Origin: Selaginella moellendorffii
Taxonomy: Eukaryota > Plantae > Lycopodiophyta
Length of the DNA stretch: 64,000 nt
Assembly (NCBI RefSeq): GCF_000143415.4
Contig: NW_003314288.1
Location: 332,002 to 396,001 of the forward strand
Direction: 5' to 3'
How positions within the stretch are numbered: the first letter of the stretch is position 1; every line of letters starts with the position of its first letter. The position numbers were made by a program, and so were the translations under genes. Shown piece by piece: positions 24,893-39,319 of this stretch. The notes beneath the pieces were generated by a model. It was given only the letters and a program-made list of their open reading frames with translations, was not told the origin of the DNA and did no database searches.

Positions 24893-25449
24893 CAATCTTG
24901 GTAAACACTTCTGCTTCACCAAGCTTGTTTAAGATATCATCCACATGCGGCATCGGCATTTTATCTTTCACCGTCTTCTTCTTCAAGGCACAGTAGTCAA
25001 TACACATCCGCATTGAACCATCCTTCTTCTTCACAAGCAAGACCGGAGCACCAAATAGAGATTTACTTGGCTGAATAAATCCAAACTCAAGTAACTCCTT
25101 GACTTGTCGTTGAACTTCTTGCTCCTCCGCATAACTTAACCGAAATGGATGTCAATAAATTGGCCATATCCCTGGCTCCAACATAATCTCATGCTCTACA
25201 CCTCGTAATGGAGGCATCCCATAAGGAAGTTCAAGTGGAAAAACATCAGCAAACTTGTTGAGTACATCCCGTATTGCTGCTTCTCCCCCACACATGCCTT
25301 GGTCCCCTAAGTTACGAACAAACAACAAGTAACTCAAAAGTGCCTTTCCATTACGACAAGCCCCCTTCAAAGATATAGGGGAGAGCATAACAACTGGAGG
25401 TTGAACTCCCTCTCCAAATCACACATATTTAACGCCGCTGCACTCTAAC

Positions 25450-28400
25450 TGTGAGACACAAAATCCCTAGGCCCCAAAGTGGAGCCAGAAAGGGTGCCAC
25501 GTGGTAGTGGCTGAAGTGAGAGCCAAACGAGCGTAACACGTTTGGACCAAAAGCTCCGACTTGAAAAATCAAGAGCGGGAGTGGAACTCCCAACGAAGTG
25601 CTCGAGGAACGAGCACGAAGCGAGCAAAAAGCGAGGCTCCAAAAAGGGACCCAAAAGGACCAACACATAACACGTGGAAGTGTCCGAGATGGACTCGAGT
25701 TGGAGTCCGAAGTGGAGTCCGAGGTGGACCCGAGATGGACCCGAAATGGAGTCCGAGATGGAGTCCGAGGTGGACCCGAGATGGACCCGAAATGGAGTCC
25801 GAGATGGAGTCCGAGATGGACCCGAGATGGAGTCCGAGGTGGACCCGAGATGGACCCGAAATGGAGTCCGAGGTGGAGTCCGAGGTGGACCCGAGATGGA
25901 CCCGAAATGGAGTCCGAGATGGAGTCCGAGATGGACCCGAGATGGAGTCCGAGGTGGACCCGAAATGGAGTCCGAGGTGGACCCGAGATGGACCCGAGAT
26001 GGAGTCCGAGATGGAGTCCGAGATGGAGTCCGAAGTCGAGACCGAGACCGGGACCGAGACCGAGACTGAGACCGAGACCGAGATCGGGACCGAGAACGAG
26101 ACCGAGGCTGAGGCCGAGACCGAGCCCGAGCCCGAGTCCGAGTCCGAGTCCGAGTCCGAGTCCGAGTCCGAGTTCGAGTCTGAGAGGGTGAAAGCCCAAA
26201 GCGTTCGTCTCCCAGACCCTGGGGGGTTTGGTGAGCTCCAAAAGTATAGTAAGGGGGAGGACTGCAGTGGAGCCAGTTTGGCCAGGAAAGGCCAGTTTGG
26301 CCTAGGAAGGCCAGACCCAGTGTTGGGTGATGAGCTGCCCACTGGGAAGTCCAAGACTAGAGTGAACACAGACCGACAAGCGGGGTAGCTTGGTGAAGTG
26401 TTCAAGAGCGGGCTCTAGTTCCCCTGGGAGATCAACTGGCCGATGCTCCCAGTCCAAGTGTGGGTGGCACTACCTACTTGGATACCTGGTGTGGCTCAAC
26501 GGAACCCGCTCTAAGCCCATGGCTAGAGCACCTAAGGGCAGAAGGCGAGAAGAGTACCCAGGTGGCTCGCGTAAGGCTATGGTGTTCCGAAATGTTGTCC
26601 CAAAGGCCCAGACTGTGGAAAGGAAGAGGAGCAGTCCTTTGGGGTAGTGACCAAGGACACAGTCGTGTGGTGAGGAAGTCCCAGAGGACCGTGGGACTTA
26701 GTGGTCGGGCCTGTGGGTCTCGATCCAGTGGCAGTGTTGGCAAACACGGCCAGGGGCAGAAAGGGACTTAGTGGGGACTGACAGAGGGATATTGGGGAAG
26801 GCTATTCCCCTTGTTGGTGGGCATCCTAAGGGTGCTAAGGAGTGGATCTCAAATGACCACTCACGGATGGTTTGCCTAGTGTTGGAGAGCCAAGACTGTG
26901 ATGCAAGTGGTAATGGACTACCAGTGTGGCAAAGGTGATTGGGCATGGCCTTAGCGTAACGGGCTAGCATGTCGGTGGTACCTTTGAGTGTCGGTCATGG
27001 GATCGGACACGTGGAGCACTTGGACCAAGTGCAAATGTTGAATGGCATGAATGCCATTCTCGGGGCTAGCAAATCCCAAGTCCTGGATTGGACTTATGGA
27101 GGTTGTGAATGAGACTCCTCCAAGTGGTCGGAGGTGTGGTTAAGTGACTAAAGTAGAATGGAAAATTTAGTCGCCTACAATTTGGTATCGGAGCTGTTCC
27201 TTAGTCCGACTTTTATTGGTGCTCAAGTATATCACCACTGGTGTTGGCAACGGAAGGTCCGAGAAGTGGGCCTATCCTTGAGGAGTAGCAGGTCGAGAAG
27301 ACATGGCTCTCCATTACAGTTCATGTGTGAACTTGTAGACAAGGTGGTGGATAGAAAAGGGGCCAATAATGGAACGACTTTGGGATCTTAGGAATAGTGC
27401 AAGGTTTTCCTCATTGAGTTGAGGAGGTGATCCAGATGAGCGTTTGACTCAGCAAACGGGCTAATGTAGTTGGGGTAAACAACTATAGTTGGGATCACGG
27501 GGAAGATAGAGACTCCAAAAACAATAAAGGAGTCACAAGTTTATCCTCACATGGTTGAGGCTGGTGCTCATGAAGGTGAGACCGGAATGGATGACCGTGA
27601 GAGGTCAAGTATGGATGAGGACACGAGTCTTCGAAATGGTAGCCGGGGCTACCTGTAATAAATGCTGGAACAACCCAAGGAGTTAGGGGTGTATTAAGTG
27701 GATGAGTTGGTATTCTCATCACATGGACAAGTAGTCCTAAGGGGCAAAGGTTGCCCCCAGAGAACAAAATCAAGTGTCGGAGTAACACTTGTGAAAATAG
27801 TCTTTTTGAGTAGGACAGGAATGCAAGAAGTGTATTCAGTGAGCTAGTGCCTCACAAGTAGGACCTTACGGGTCGGTGGATTAATCAAGTCCAAAACTGC
27901 TAGACGACTCAAGTAGAGTCAAGGGATGGTCCTAAAAGGACTGATGGAAGCATTTGGGTTGAGGTGTGTTGTACCCCACAAAGGATGGGGGGGGATCATA
28001 GGATCCAAGGATGAGAACAGAGGGTATCTCATCGATGGCAAAATGTGTCATGCTAAAGTTATGGGAAAGGTGTTCCCAGAAGAAAACAACTTTGACATAA
28101 AGTTGTGTGTGACCTCTATGGGGCAGTGCTAACGGATGATTGGCATGAGAAAGAGCGGTGTTGGTCTTGGCAAAGACTTAGACACGAAGGGGAAACGTCA
28201 TAGATGTAGGCTCGTGGAGCCGATGGTGTGGAGACACCAAATGTGCCAAGGTGTGATACCTTGAGGCTATGTTGGTGGGTTCATGAGAACCCTTGCCAAA
28301 GGAATCCCAATGGAAATGGGAATGGCATAGCCTAAGCTGCAGAGCATGCAGTTGGAGTGTGGTGACCCAGATAATGATGGAGGTGTGAAAGCACCAAGCA

Positions 28401-31400
28401 ATGAGTTGTAGGACTTGACAACTATGAGGCAATTAAGCAAGAGGTGCAAAATAACTGGTTAAACGGGTAGAAGGTAGCTACCCAAGACTTCTTAATAGCA
28501 TAAGGAAGTTGGATATACCCTTACGGGGGATAAGTTGCTTGTGTTGCGATATAGTAAGTCAATATCATAAAAGGAAATACTCATTGTCAAGAAAGCCATC
28601 ATTGGGACACCCGGACACTCTAGAACACCAGAAGGTGGTGTTTGATGTCGCGAGGGCAATGGATAAAGCCCAAGGGACTAAGTCCCTAGCGAATGATGGA
28701 TAGAAGGTGCTATCCAAATGTCCAAGGTTGCGGAGACAGGAGAGGACTGTCTACCCGAGTTGGACAAAGCCAAAAATGAAATTTTGGCAAGGCTAGTGAT
28801 GGGCATGTAAAGGCCCATAAGCAACAATGTAATCCCAGTGTGTGGGATTATAAGGTGAGCATACCCGGATTGAGGAACCACTCCCTAGGCTATTGGGTAG
28901 GCTCATCCCTAAGAATACTTGCTAAAGCGTGATAGAAAGTGCAAAGCTATCCTCCTAGTCTGGAGGAGAATGACCAAAGGAAAGGTGTGAAGCCAAAAAG
29001 CAAGAAGTAAGGGGATAGAACCGAACCATAGGAATCAAAGGGCATAACCAAGGTTGGTTATGCCAGCTGGGAGTGGAGAATCAAGTGGGGGCTCGAGGGT
29101 GTTGCCACTAGCAACTGTGATGCCATGGAGAGTCTAAAATATGGAATTGTCCATGTTAGACTATGTGGCATTTTGAAGGCTTGCAAAAAGGGAGGCCTTA
29201 ACAAGCTGAGGGACAGAGTTCCTTCAAGGTTCCCAAAGACGATTCTAGGTAGCTTAGTACCTAGAAAGGCCAAGTGTAAATGGTTCAAAGAACGCGCGAA
29301 ATCAGAGTGGCGCAGCAGAAGCGTGGTCTTGAAGCTTGCCATGAGGCAAGGCTATCAAGGTTAGGGAAGTAGTTCCCGAGTGTTCAAAGAGAGGGCTTTG
29401 AACGAAAGTCGATGGTCAAGGACTTTCACGCTTATGCAGGAACCATGTTACAGTGGTCGGAGGACTTGCCAAGCGAGATTGGCACGTCGGGGGAACAAAT
29501 ACCCTAGTTGAAGGTGATAACTTCAAAAAGGGTGGGCCATGGGGCCGAGCATGGAGGAGTCCATGCATGATCACAGACATGTCAAGTGAGAGGACTTGGC
29601 AGTGTGGAGGAACTAAGTTCCTAAGCTGTGATCTGTAGCGCGCTTTAAAAATAGGTTGGTGCACCGGCGTGGGGAGTCACGCCAGGCATCTAGTGTGATG
29701 CCGTCCGTAGATGCATATACGGAGGTTGGGTTTGAGTCCCGACCCTCTAGTGCTTGGGTTCGAGTCCCAAATCACTAGGGCGTGGTGATGGTTTGGAATA
29801 TGAGGACACTCATATTTCGGTGGTCATGGACTCTCAGTGGGGAGACTGGTTTGGGCACACCGCCAAGCGAGGGATGCCTCGGAGTCGTGATGCACGGTTA
29901 GATTGCTTAGTGTGAAAGCTCGGCATATCTAACTTGAACGCTTTGGTGCAAGTGGCACCAAGGTCGTGGTGAGTGAGATGGGGACACCTAATCTCAGTTG
30001 CTATGAACCCTTGGCCATAAGGGCTAGCTTGGGTGCACCGCCAAGTGTGGGGGATGCCCCCGGGGTTATAGTCAACAACTTGGAGGTCTAGAAGACCAAG
30101 TACCTCTTGGCAACTCTGTTACGGTGCCAAGGTGAGATCACTAGGTGATCTTATGGCCAGATAAGGACAAGGTCCTTGGTTGGCTAAGGAATAAAGTTCC
30201 TGGTTCAAAATGTTGAAATTGAACTGTTTAAGATGGTGTGGCTTGGTCATGATGACCAAGTGGGAAGAGCACCTAAGGGAAATAAACTATGTCCATCCGA
30301 TGGCATAGTGAGTCCGAGGAAAGTAGTCTCTATAAAAGACCCATGGGAGGGTCATGAAGTTGGGCCATGGATAGAGCCCATAGTGGAGGATGCTAAAGAG
30401 ACGTACTAGGGGTGAACATCCTCCAGACTTGGCAAAGAAGAGTTTTTGCTATGGAACCGAAAGGATACCTAAAAAATGGAGGTAGCGATCCGATGTTGCT
30501 GGGTGCAGCAATCAAAGATAGGAGCAAAGGACTAGTGGCCAAGTTTGGGTCATGGAATTTAATGGAAGGGACCCAAATGGCAAAGTTAGCCAAGGAACAC
30601 TAATGTGTTCGATGCTAACGGCTTGTAAAGGAAGTGGACTTCCAAGGATGGATTCCTAAGTGCTCCAATTTGGCGAAGTAAAAGCTCAAAGTGAGGGAGC
30701 GGTAAGGTAGCCAAATGATAGGGCCATGGACAGCCCTAGCACAAAGTATGATAAATAGAACTTAGTGCCCAAGGTGGCACGAAATAGAAGAGAGGATGAG
30801 GGTGCCCTCAAATAATGAACTTTCTAGGATGGGGAAGTGGAGTTGCACAATCTGTGCAATGCAAGGTGTTGGGGACACCTAGGAAATTGACTTTCAAAAA
30901 GTCAAAAGAGTAAAAGTTCCAAGGTGCAAACATTCAATAGATGGAAAATGAGACTACTCGAGAAGGAGTAGTGGGATTGACTTAGAGAAGGGTCTCTAAG
31001 AGGTTTAGCGAGAACTAAACCAATAAAAGGAGAGAACCACTACATGTGGTCCAATCAGTCTCTAAGTTGGAGAGACTACCCTCCTTAGAGGATAGACAAG
31101 GCATGGTGAGCCTTTGGTGCCAAACCATGGAGGCATATGCAAAAGGCATGGTGAGCCTTCAATGTCAAACCATTGACAAATATTGGCTAGGTGCCAAGGA
31201 TGGAAATGGTAACACATGCGAGTGTTACTTTACAAAATGGTTTACCGTTCGATGAGGACATCGAACTTCGTCTATGGGTGGTGGAGTTGTGAGACACAAA
31301 ATCCCTAGGCCCCAAAGTGGAGCCGGAAAGGGTGCCACGTGGTAGTGGCTGAAGCGAGAGCCAAACGAGCGTAACACGTTTGGACCAAAAGCTCCGACTT

Positions 31401-33018
31401 GAAAAGTCAAGAGCGGGAGTGGAACTCCCAACGAAGCGAGCAAAAAGCGAGGCTCCAAAAAGGGACCCAAAAGGACCAACATATAACACGTGGAAGTGTC
31501 CGAGATGGACTCGAGTTGGAGTCCAAAGTGGAGTCCGAGGTGGACCCGAGATGGACCCGAAATGGAGTCCGAGATGGAGTCCGAGGTGGACCCGAGATGG
31601 ACCCGAAATGGAGTCCGAGATGGAGTCCGAGATGGACCCGAGATGGAGTCCGAGGTGGACCCGAGATGGACCCGAAATGGAGTCCGAGGTGGAGTCCGAG
31701 GTGGACCCGAGATGAACCCGAAATGGAGTCCGAGATGGAGTCCGAGATGGACCCGAGATGGAGTCCGAGATGGACCCGAGATGGAGTCCGAGGTGGACCC
31801 GAAATGGAGTCCGAGGTGGACCCGAGATGGACCCGAGATGGAGTCCGAGATGGAGTCCGAAGTCGAGACTGAGACCGGGACCGAGACCGAGACCGAGACC
31901 GAGACTGAGATCGGGACCGAGAACGAGACCGAGGCCGAGGCCGAGACCGAGGCCGAGGCCGAGACCGAGCCCGAGCCCGAGTCCGAGTCCGAGTCCGAGT
32001 CCAAGTCCGAGTTTGAGTCTGAGAGGGTGAAAGCCCAAAGCGTTCGTCTCCCAGACCCTGGGGGGTTTGGTGAGCTCCAAAAGTATAGTAAGGGGGAGGA
32101 CTGCAGTGGAGCCAGTTTGGCCAGGAAAGGCCAGTTTGGCCTAGGAAGGCCAAACCCAGTGTTGGGTGATGAGCTGCCCACTGGGAAGTCCAAGACTAGA
32201 GTGAACACAGACTGACAAGCGGGGTAGCTTGGTGAAGTGTTCAAGAGCCGGCTCTAGTTCCCCCGGGAGATCGACTGGCCGATGCTCCCAGTCCAAGTGT
32301 GGGTGGCACTACCTACTTGGATACCTGGTGTGGCTCAACGGAACCCGCTCTAAGCCCATGGCTAGAGCACCTAAGGGCAGAAGGCGAGAAGAGTACCCAG
32401 GTGGCTCGCGTAAGGCTATGGTGTTCCGAAATGTTGTCCCAAAGGCCCAGACTGTGGAAAGGAAGAGGAGCAGTCCTTTGGGGTAGTGACCAAGGACACA
32501 GTCGTGTGGTGAGGAAGTCCCAGAGGACCGTGGGACTTAGTGGTCGGGCCTGTGGGTCTCGATCCAGTGGCAGTGTTGGCAAACACGGCCAGGGGCAGAA
32601 AGGGACTTAGTGGGGACTGACAGAGGGATATTGGGGAAGGCTATTCCCCTTGTTGGTGGGCATCCTAAGGGTGCTAAGGAGTGGATCTCAGATGACCACT
32701 CACGGATGGTTTGCCTAGTGTTGGAGAGCCAAGACTGTGATGCAAGTGGTAATGGACTACCAGTGTGGCAAAGGTGATTGGGCATGGCCTTAGCGTAACG
32801 GGCTAGCATGTCGGTGGTACCTTTGAGTGTCGGTCATGGGATCAGACACGTGGAGCACTTGGACCAAGTGCAAATGTTGAATGGCATGGATGCCATTCTC
32901 GGGGCTAGCAAGTCCCAAGTCCTGGATTGGACTTATGGAGGTTGTGAATGAGACTCCTCCAAGTGGTCGGAGGTGTGGTTAAGTGACTAAAGTAGAATGG
33001 AAAATTTAGTCGCCTACA
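25450..33018 (+). mobile_element. Non-autonomous large LTR element (LARD), 7.57 kb
   Basis: Highly similar ~1.73-kb LTRs at 25450-27179 and 31288-33018, TSD CTAAC, PBS TGGTATCGGAGC at 27183 and PPT at 31274-31287. The ~4.1-kb interior shows no recognisable gag/pol. Confidence 0.9.
25683..26185. repeat. 11-bp (GAGATGGAGTCC / GAGGTGGACCC) and 6-bp (CCGAGN) tandem array in the 5' LTR; a second copy lies at 31499-32020
   Basis: Directly visible. It generates the stop-free repetitive ORFs in all six frames. Confidence 0.95.
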
Positions 33019-34009
33019 CTAACGAGACATTCTTAATACTACACTTTATCTTTGGATCCACCTTCACCAACCATGGCGTCCCAAGAATGAGATCCACATG
33101 ATGGATATCCACGAGATAAAAAGTCTTCAGAAGTGTGGTTTTGCCAATCAACACTTCTAACCCCTTGACACAAGCATCGAAATGTTGAGTAGAGGTAACT
33201 GCACCTTCCACTATGTATAGAGGAACTCTATGTATGACCAGGCCATGCTCCGCAACAAACATTGCTGAAACAAAGTTGTCATCGCTCCCACTCTCCAATA
33301 AAATCTATACTGGACCGCCACAAAACATGCCCTCCAGCATTAAAGTTGATTCACAAGTATCCTTGAGCTTTATTTTGTTCCACACACAGCTGAGTTGACA
33401 AGCAACAATCGAAAGCCTCTTCCTCTAACCGGAATGGTTGTCCCCATCATCCTCATACTACAAAGTGTGCAAATTTTTAGTATCTAACTTACCATCAATA
33501 AAAAATTGGCCATTCTTTTTGCTTTGTTGCTTGTTCTTCAGCTGTGGACAATCAGCTTTGTAGTGTTCAAGCTTGCCCATACATGGTATCCATCATGCCA
33601 TGCATCTCGTTTTGCATCTTTTGCTAATTTTGATTAAGGGCTCGCCGCTTATGAACCATATCCTAAATGTCCCAAATCTCCACAGCTCCGTCGGCACCAT
33701 CATCAGCACCACCATCGATAATAGGATTTTAGTGTTCAATTTGGTCGTCCATCGCAACCAACCTCCCTCTGATACTAATGTTATGATCCAATGCAAAAGG
33801 ATAGAAATCTAATCACCCTAGACTAGGCTATGCCACCTCTTGAGGTTCCTCACTACCCAACCACCCAAAAACTCCGCCGCTCTATTATGAGCTATAAGTC
33901 CCTTACCCTAACATGCCTTAATATACCCTTGAGCTTCCCTTTGACCGATGTTGACTATGTGGTCAAAGTTGGCACTTAACAGTTTCCTAGTCAAGAGGAA
34001 TTGGCCTAT

Positions 34010-34890
34010 GGTTCCTAGAGATGATGTTCTTTTATAGTGGATTTTGTAAGAGTGTCTGTTGCACCAAATGTAGGACATCTGAGGACATGTGTTCTAGTAG
34101 AGACACATTTATTTTGGCCTGGAATGAAGTCAAGTGTTGATAAGTATGTGCACAATTGCTAGACCGGCCAGGCAGTCACAATGGATTGTCAGAAGCATGA
34201 AGGTCTCTACCATAGTTAACCTCAGCAGAAGTGGGATAGTATTTTCTATGAGTTTCATAGTAGGCATTTCAAGGCAATAATGCTATTTAGGTTGTTTGAT
34301 GATGTTGGCTCACTTCTTCCTTATGAAGACAAATGTTAAGGCTTTTGACCTTGCTCAGCTGTATTTCTCTATGGGTTGCCTAAGGATGTTGTAAGTGATC
34401 GGGATCCCACATTCACTTTGGACTTTTGGTAGACAGTGTTCTAGAAGCTTGAGACAAAGCTGAGCATGAACATCCACAATCAGATGGACAAAAAAAACGA
34501 GTTAATTAGATGCTGGAAGGCATGGTGAGATCATTTGTTGGTCATCTGAAGAGATAAGGTATTTGGGAGAAGTACCTGTCTTTGTCAACTAGACTTGCCT
34601 AGTGGTGTGAAGATTCATCCTGTCTTCTATATAGGAAGTTGAAGGCATGTTTGCATTCTGGTAATATCTTGGACCAGTCTGCGATCAAGATTCCAGAGAT
34701 AGATGTTTGAAGGTTGGCCTACTTGTGTGTTATAGCAACGGCTAGCGCACACACATCGTAAGACTTGGAGAGAGTTACTTGTTCAATGGAATGGTTATTC
34801 TCCATATGATGCTACATGGGAAGCTAAGGATGATGTTGTTTCCTAATTTTGAGTATGACTTGGATGACATTCCAGAGGAAGAGGAGAAGT
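34010..34890 (+). mobile_element. Chromovirus integrase/chromodomain remnant
   Basis: Frameshifted pieces read FWPGMKSSVDKYVHNC, DVVSDRDPTFT, KIHPVF and YLVQWNGYSPYDATWE. Confidence 0.7.
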
Positions 34891-34999
34891 AGTCACTTGC
34901 TCCTATCCTTTCTTTCTTTTCTGACCCCGTTGATGGCTGGAGGTGTTGTGTCGCGTGAGACAGTTAGTGGTTTTGTTAGTGGGATGCTTTGCTAGCTTC

Positions 35000-36050
35000 T
35001 CTCTCCTCACCTACTGTTCATCATAGTTGGAGCAGAGGGAAAAATGTCACCGTATTTCGTGATGAACCAGCTGATTCTGGACCTAGGTCTCTGATCAAAG
35101 AGCCAAATACCAACTGCAAATTTGCATGTGAAGAGGTGTTCAAGCATCTCCACGGGGTTTTCATTGCATAGAATACACAGAGTTTTGTGAACTGTGAACC
35201 AATCACCAACAGGGATCCTGTCCTGCACAAGAAGCCAGCTTACCTTAGCTTCCACCAGTGTCTTCCACATGTTCACAATGTACTTCCAATTCTTCAACTT
35301 CCGCATAAGCCTGGTGTCAATTTTATCCATCAAAAGCTCTCTGCCATGCTTAGACCTGTACATAAAAAAAGACACACTGAACTCATTACCTTCCCAGGAT
35401 AACTGAGCCGGATCCTATATAAGATCAGATTTAGGTACTCCCCAAACTAGTGTATTGCAGAGCATTCTCCCAGTTGAACCTTAGAATCCAGTTCAGTGTA
35501 TTTCCCTCTCGGATGTATCGTCCTGATCCTTTTACCGAAGGCCATCCTGGGAACTGGGACCTCCTCGGGAACTATACATGGAAACAGTGCACCACTGTTA
35601 TGGGGATAAAAAACAATACCTTGAGGTGATGGGGTTGTTTCCATAACAAAGATGATTTGAGTCTCAGCACCATCAAGCATTATCCAATCACGAACCTCGA
35701 TAACTTCAGTTTGTAAAGCAAGATGAAGGCGATCACAAGCGATGCTGCCTTAAGCTTTGATGTGGAGTTTTCATCCTGGGTTGTAATGGGTTGTCATGAG
35801 GCCATCCGATGAGCAGGGTTTGCTCCAAGCGGACGTCAAACAAATACCTGACTTGACCTTTTTCATTGTATCATACCTTGTCCACTGCTGAGGAAGAAAA
35901 ACAAGATCCCAACAAGAACTTTGCTGTAAGTGATGGCTTGCTAGCTCTTTGTAGATCCAATAAGTCTTTGATCTAAGCTCCCACATTTCTATGCCACCTA
36001 GGCCAAAGACCTCTACCCAAGCCTGGAGCTGAACAATCACCTATATACTG
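35000..36050 (-). mobile_element. LINE (L1-like) 3' remnant with zf-RVT
   Basis: WLLVQDRIPV...CILCNENPVEMLEHLFTC..A..IW, plus an upstream GLGGI motif. Confidence 0.6.
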
Positions 36051-39000
36051 TTGATTACTGTTCTTATGCGCTACGTTGAAGAACAAGCGATCAGCTAATG
36101 CCTCTGTCAGATTCTGGTTCTTTCTGACTTAACCTGGGTAGGAGTGTGACTTCCATACCTTCAACATCTCTTTTGCTATTCCATCCTGGACCTTCTTTGT
36201 GTTGAGAGGAGCAGTGCCAATCGATTCCTTGTTTCTAGTTACCACCCTGTCTAGGCAAGATCTTCAGTTTCGTGGATATAAACCTGACACAAGAACTTTG
36301 AAGAGAAGAGCTTTGGATTGAATTCCTGGGTGTGGCACATTCCGAATAACTCACTCTACTTTTGCCCGGACTTTGCACCCGCTGGAGTTTCTAAAGTTTC
36401 TACATATGTCGTTGGAGATCAAGTGTTGGTGAGTTATCGGGTGTTGCAGATCCAAGGTTTTTGCTGCGTAGGTCCTTATCACATCATCCAACAAGTTGGT
36501 CCACAAATCTATGTGGGGCACTCAATGCACAACGTCAAGAGAAGATCCATGTGAAGCAGTTAGCTCGATATTGTGTGTGAACGGATTGATGTAAGGATTC
36601 TACCATATATTCTATGGTAGATATAGATAAACTCAACAAGATTGTATTTATGGAGCCCACAAGAGTAAGAGTGAGGTGTTATCATATTATGAATCCCACA
36701 AGATCAAGAGTGAGAGGTGTTAATCACATTTTTTATATGCTCCATATGATCCTGAGGGGGGGAGAGGAAGGGAAAAAAAGAATTAATTAGAGTGAAAATG
36801 CGAGTTATTGTGAAATTATAGTATAAATGTGACGAGCTAAGAGTAAAAACGTGATGTAGCAGCTTAAAAGAGGGAAGTAGGAATGCTCAGATGGAGTTCC
36901 ACCAGGTTGAAAAGACAAGTCATACCTCAAGCCTCGGATTGCTCCCAACCCCTTGCCTCCACCTGGTTGCCTACTTTAACCAAGCCCCGAACCACCCAGC
37001 AGTCTTGGCGCACAGGGATGACATCAGCCCTAACCTCTTGCTCCACTGCTCCTACTTCTGAGCTTCTCCCCCCCCTTAAGAAAAAAGGTCTGTTGTTCTC
37101 TTGGAGTTCAAGAGGCATCCTCTTCACCATCTCCTCTGTTTTTGCTAGCTAGTTAGCTCTTACAAGGAGCACAAGCCAAGTTCAGCTCCATGCTCAGCTC
37201 TATCATCTCCTCTTTAAGACACCTCACCTCTTTGAAGCCATTCAGGAGAGCTAGCACGCTTCACGTCTAGACGTCCCCCCTTTTTTTTTTTTGCGATTGT
37301 CTCTTCAAACTCATCATACTTATTTAACTCACCAAACCTTACCAAGCCGAGTGCAGGTTTTGAAACCCCATGAGTCACCTTCCATCTTCCAGTTGAGCTC
37401 TCCAACAATCTTGACGTGCGGATGTGTGCAAACTGCTCCTTGAGCCAGGACCATTTCTCCAGGAGATAACTTATGCTACAACACTCTCCGCTCGACGATC
37501 TCAATGTGGAAAGATCCACAAAGCTGTCCCACTCATCATAGTTGCAGAAGAAATCATCCTCATACTGCATCTGCAACCTTGCTCAAGCCCAAGCCTCCGC
37601 CATCGCAAGCTTCTCCCTCATCTTGATCAGCTCACACTTGAGGCGGCAAAACAAGTCCAGGTCCTGAGGAACAACAATGGAATACACCTTTCCTGGGTAC
37701 CTGTCTCGAAACCTGTGAAAGTACAGTAGACGATGTGGTGTTTCAGATCGCAGTGGAATGATAACTTAATGAAAGCAACAAAGCCATCGAGCTCGCTCTT
37801 TGGGGATCAATTATCATCTCCTCCTTTGAAGCAATGAGCAGCAGGCCTTGATCCCATCCAGAAGTACTAGAGATAGTCTGCAAAAGCAAGTTTGACACCA
37901 GTCTACTCGACAATGAATGAATATGTTCAAAATTGACCAAGTCAAACACAGTCATTAAAGAATATTACACATGCAAGAGAATATTTTATATAAATGAACA
38001 AAAAATGAATAATACTTTTCTGTGGTTTTCTTAATAATAGTGCTTCATATTGATCAATGAGAAGATTGTAATTATAAACATGTTTATAATTTATAAACAA
38101 GAGATTAATCTAGAATAACTAGAATATACTAGGAAGTGTATAAACATGTTTATAATCTATAAATACATCATTAATCTAAATAAAAACAACCATTAGATGG
38201 TAGAATATTCCAAAATATAAAGTATATTCTAGGTATATTCATTACCCTGTTTGCTTCTAATAAAAATAAAATATTTATAATATTAAAAATATTTTAAATA
38301 ATATTTATAATTATTTTGCATATATAAATTATCCAATATTTTAGTAAAATAAATTACCAGAAGAAAAAGAAGAAAAATAAACTCAAGTTTCAAAATTTAT
38401 AGAGATCCATACAATCCAAATCAAGATCAATCTTCCACGAACTTAATGCCGCTTTCAGCACCTCGAAGCTCTGCCGAAAAACGTAGCCATGGTATGCCAC
38501 AATCGTTCGCTTGAAAATCTGAAGATGTCAATCGAAGCATGCCAGCAAAAACATGAAATAAAGAAGCGCAGGTGGACAACAAAGGAGATGAACTGAGCGA
38601 GGCCAAGAACACATATAAGGACTGAATGTAACCATGTGAGGCCTTGCGCGGTTTTTTCCTCCATGCATGGCTTCATGTGCGAAGAGTTTCGTGTGGTAAG
38701 GTATGTTGCGGAGCAGCCAGAAGCCCAGGGTGAATATAAGTACGTGAGGCCTTGTGAGGTTTTACCGCCGCCCGAGGACTCCTATGCATGGGCCCCAGGC
38801 GAGAGTCATTTGCGAAAGTGTTCTGCATGAAACTGGTGCCCTGAGGCTTCTGGCCGTGTCGCCCCATGAAGATGATTTTTTATTTAATTTGTGTAGAGTG
38901 TGGTTTATTTTTGCATATTGAGTGTATCAATATCTTTTAGTTAGCAGATTATATTGAAGAACTGAAGACTACCTACAATTAAGTGCATGCAGCAACAGAT

Positions 39001-39319
39001 TATATAAAAAATGAATGCAGAGAATAACAAATCGGGATTTCTAGGAAGTTCGTGAGTGTTGTTAGTAATAATAATAATAATCATAAAAACATGATGTTCA
39101 GCCAGTTAGAAGATTGTCTGAAAATTATGCATGTACTGATTCTTCAGCTCTTGAGCAACTGATTGCTGCTGGCTCACTTTCTATATATATAAAAGAGACA
39201 ATAAACATCTAAGCTGCTGCAGTTAAGCTGTGACATTATAAAGTTTAAAAAGGAAAAGAATTAGAAAAAGAAAAAACAGAAAACACAGTTAAGTACTAAC
39301 AAATCGGGATTTCTAGGGT

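Larger units (their letters stand above)
23044..33981 (-). mobile_element. Decayed Ty3/gypsy LTR retrotransposon hosting two nested insertions
   Basis: Diverged LTRs lie at 33779-33981 and 23044-23258. A PBS-like TCTGATACTAA precedes 33779 and a PPT follows 23258. Remnants of protease (ESGSDDNFVS), RT ([21 protein letters not shown]) and RNase H are present. No matching TSD was found. Confidence 0.75.

Noticed and set aside
25429-26405. Long repetitive ORFs in six frames (also 31187-32244 and 59290-59893)
   Set aside because: They are by-products of stop-free 11-bp/6-bp tandem arrays inside LTRs.
36590-37164. Possible solo LTR (TGTAAG...CTTACA)
   Set aside because: There is no matching TSD and no second copy in the window.
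37214-38830. Short ORFs 37214-37576 and 38636-38830 (the latter faintly Agenet-like)
   Set aside because: They are too short and lack convincing motifs to assign.
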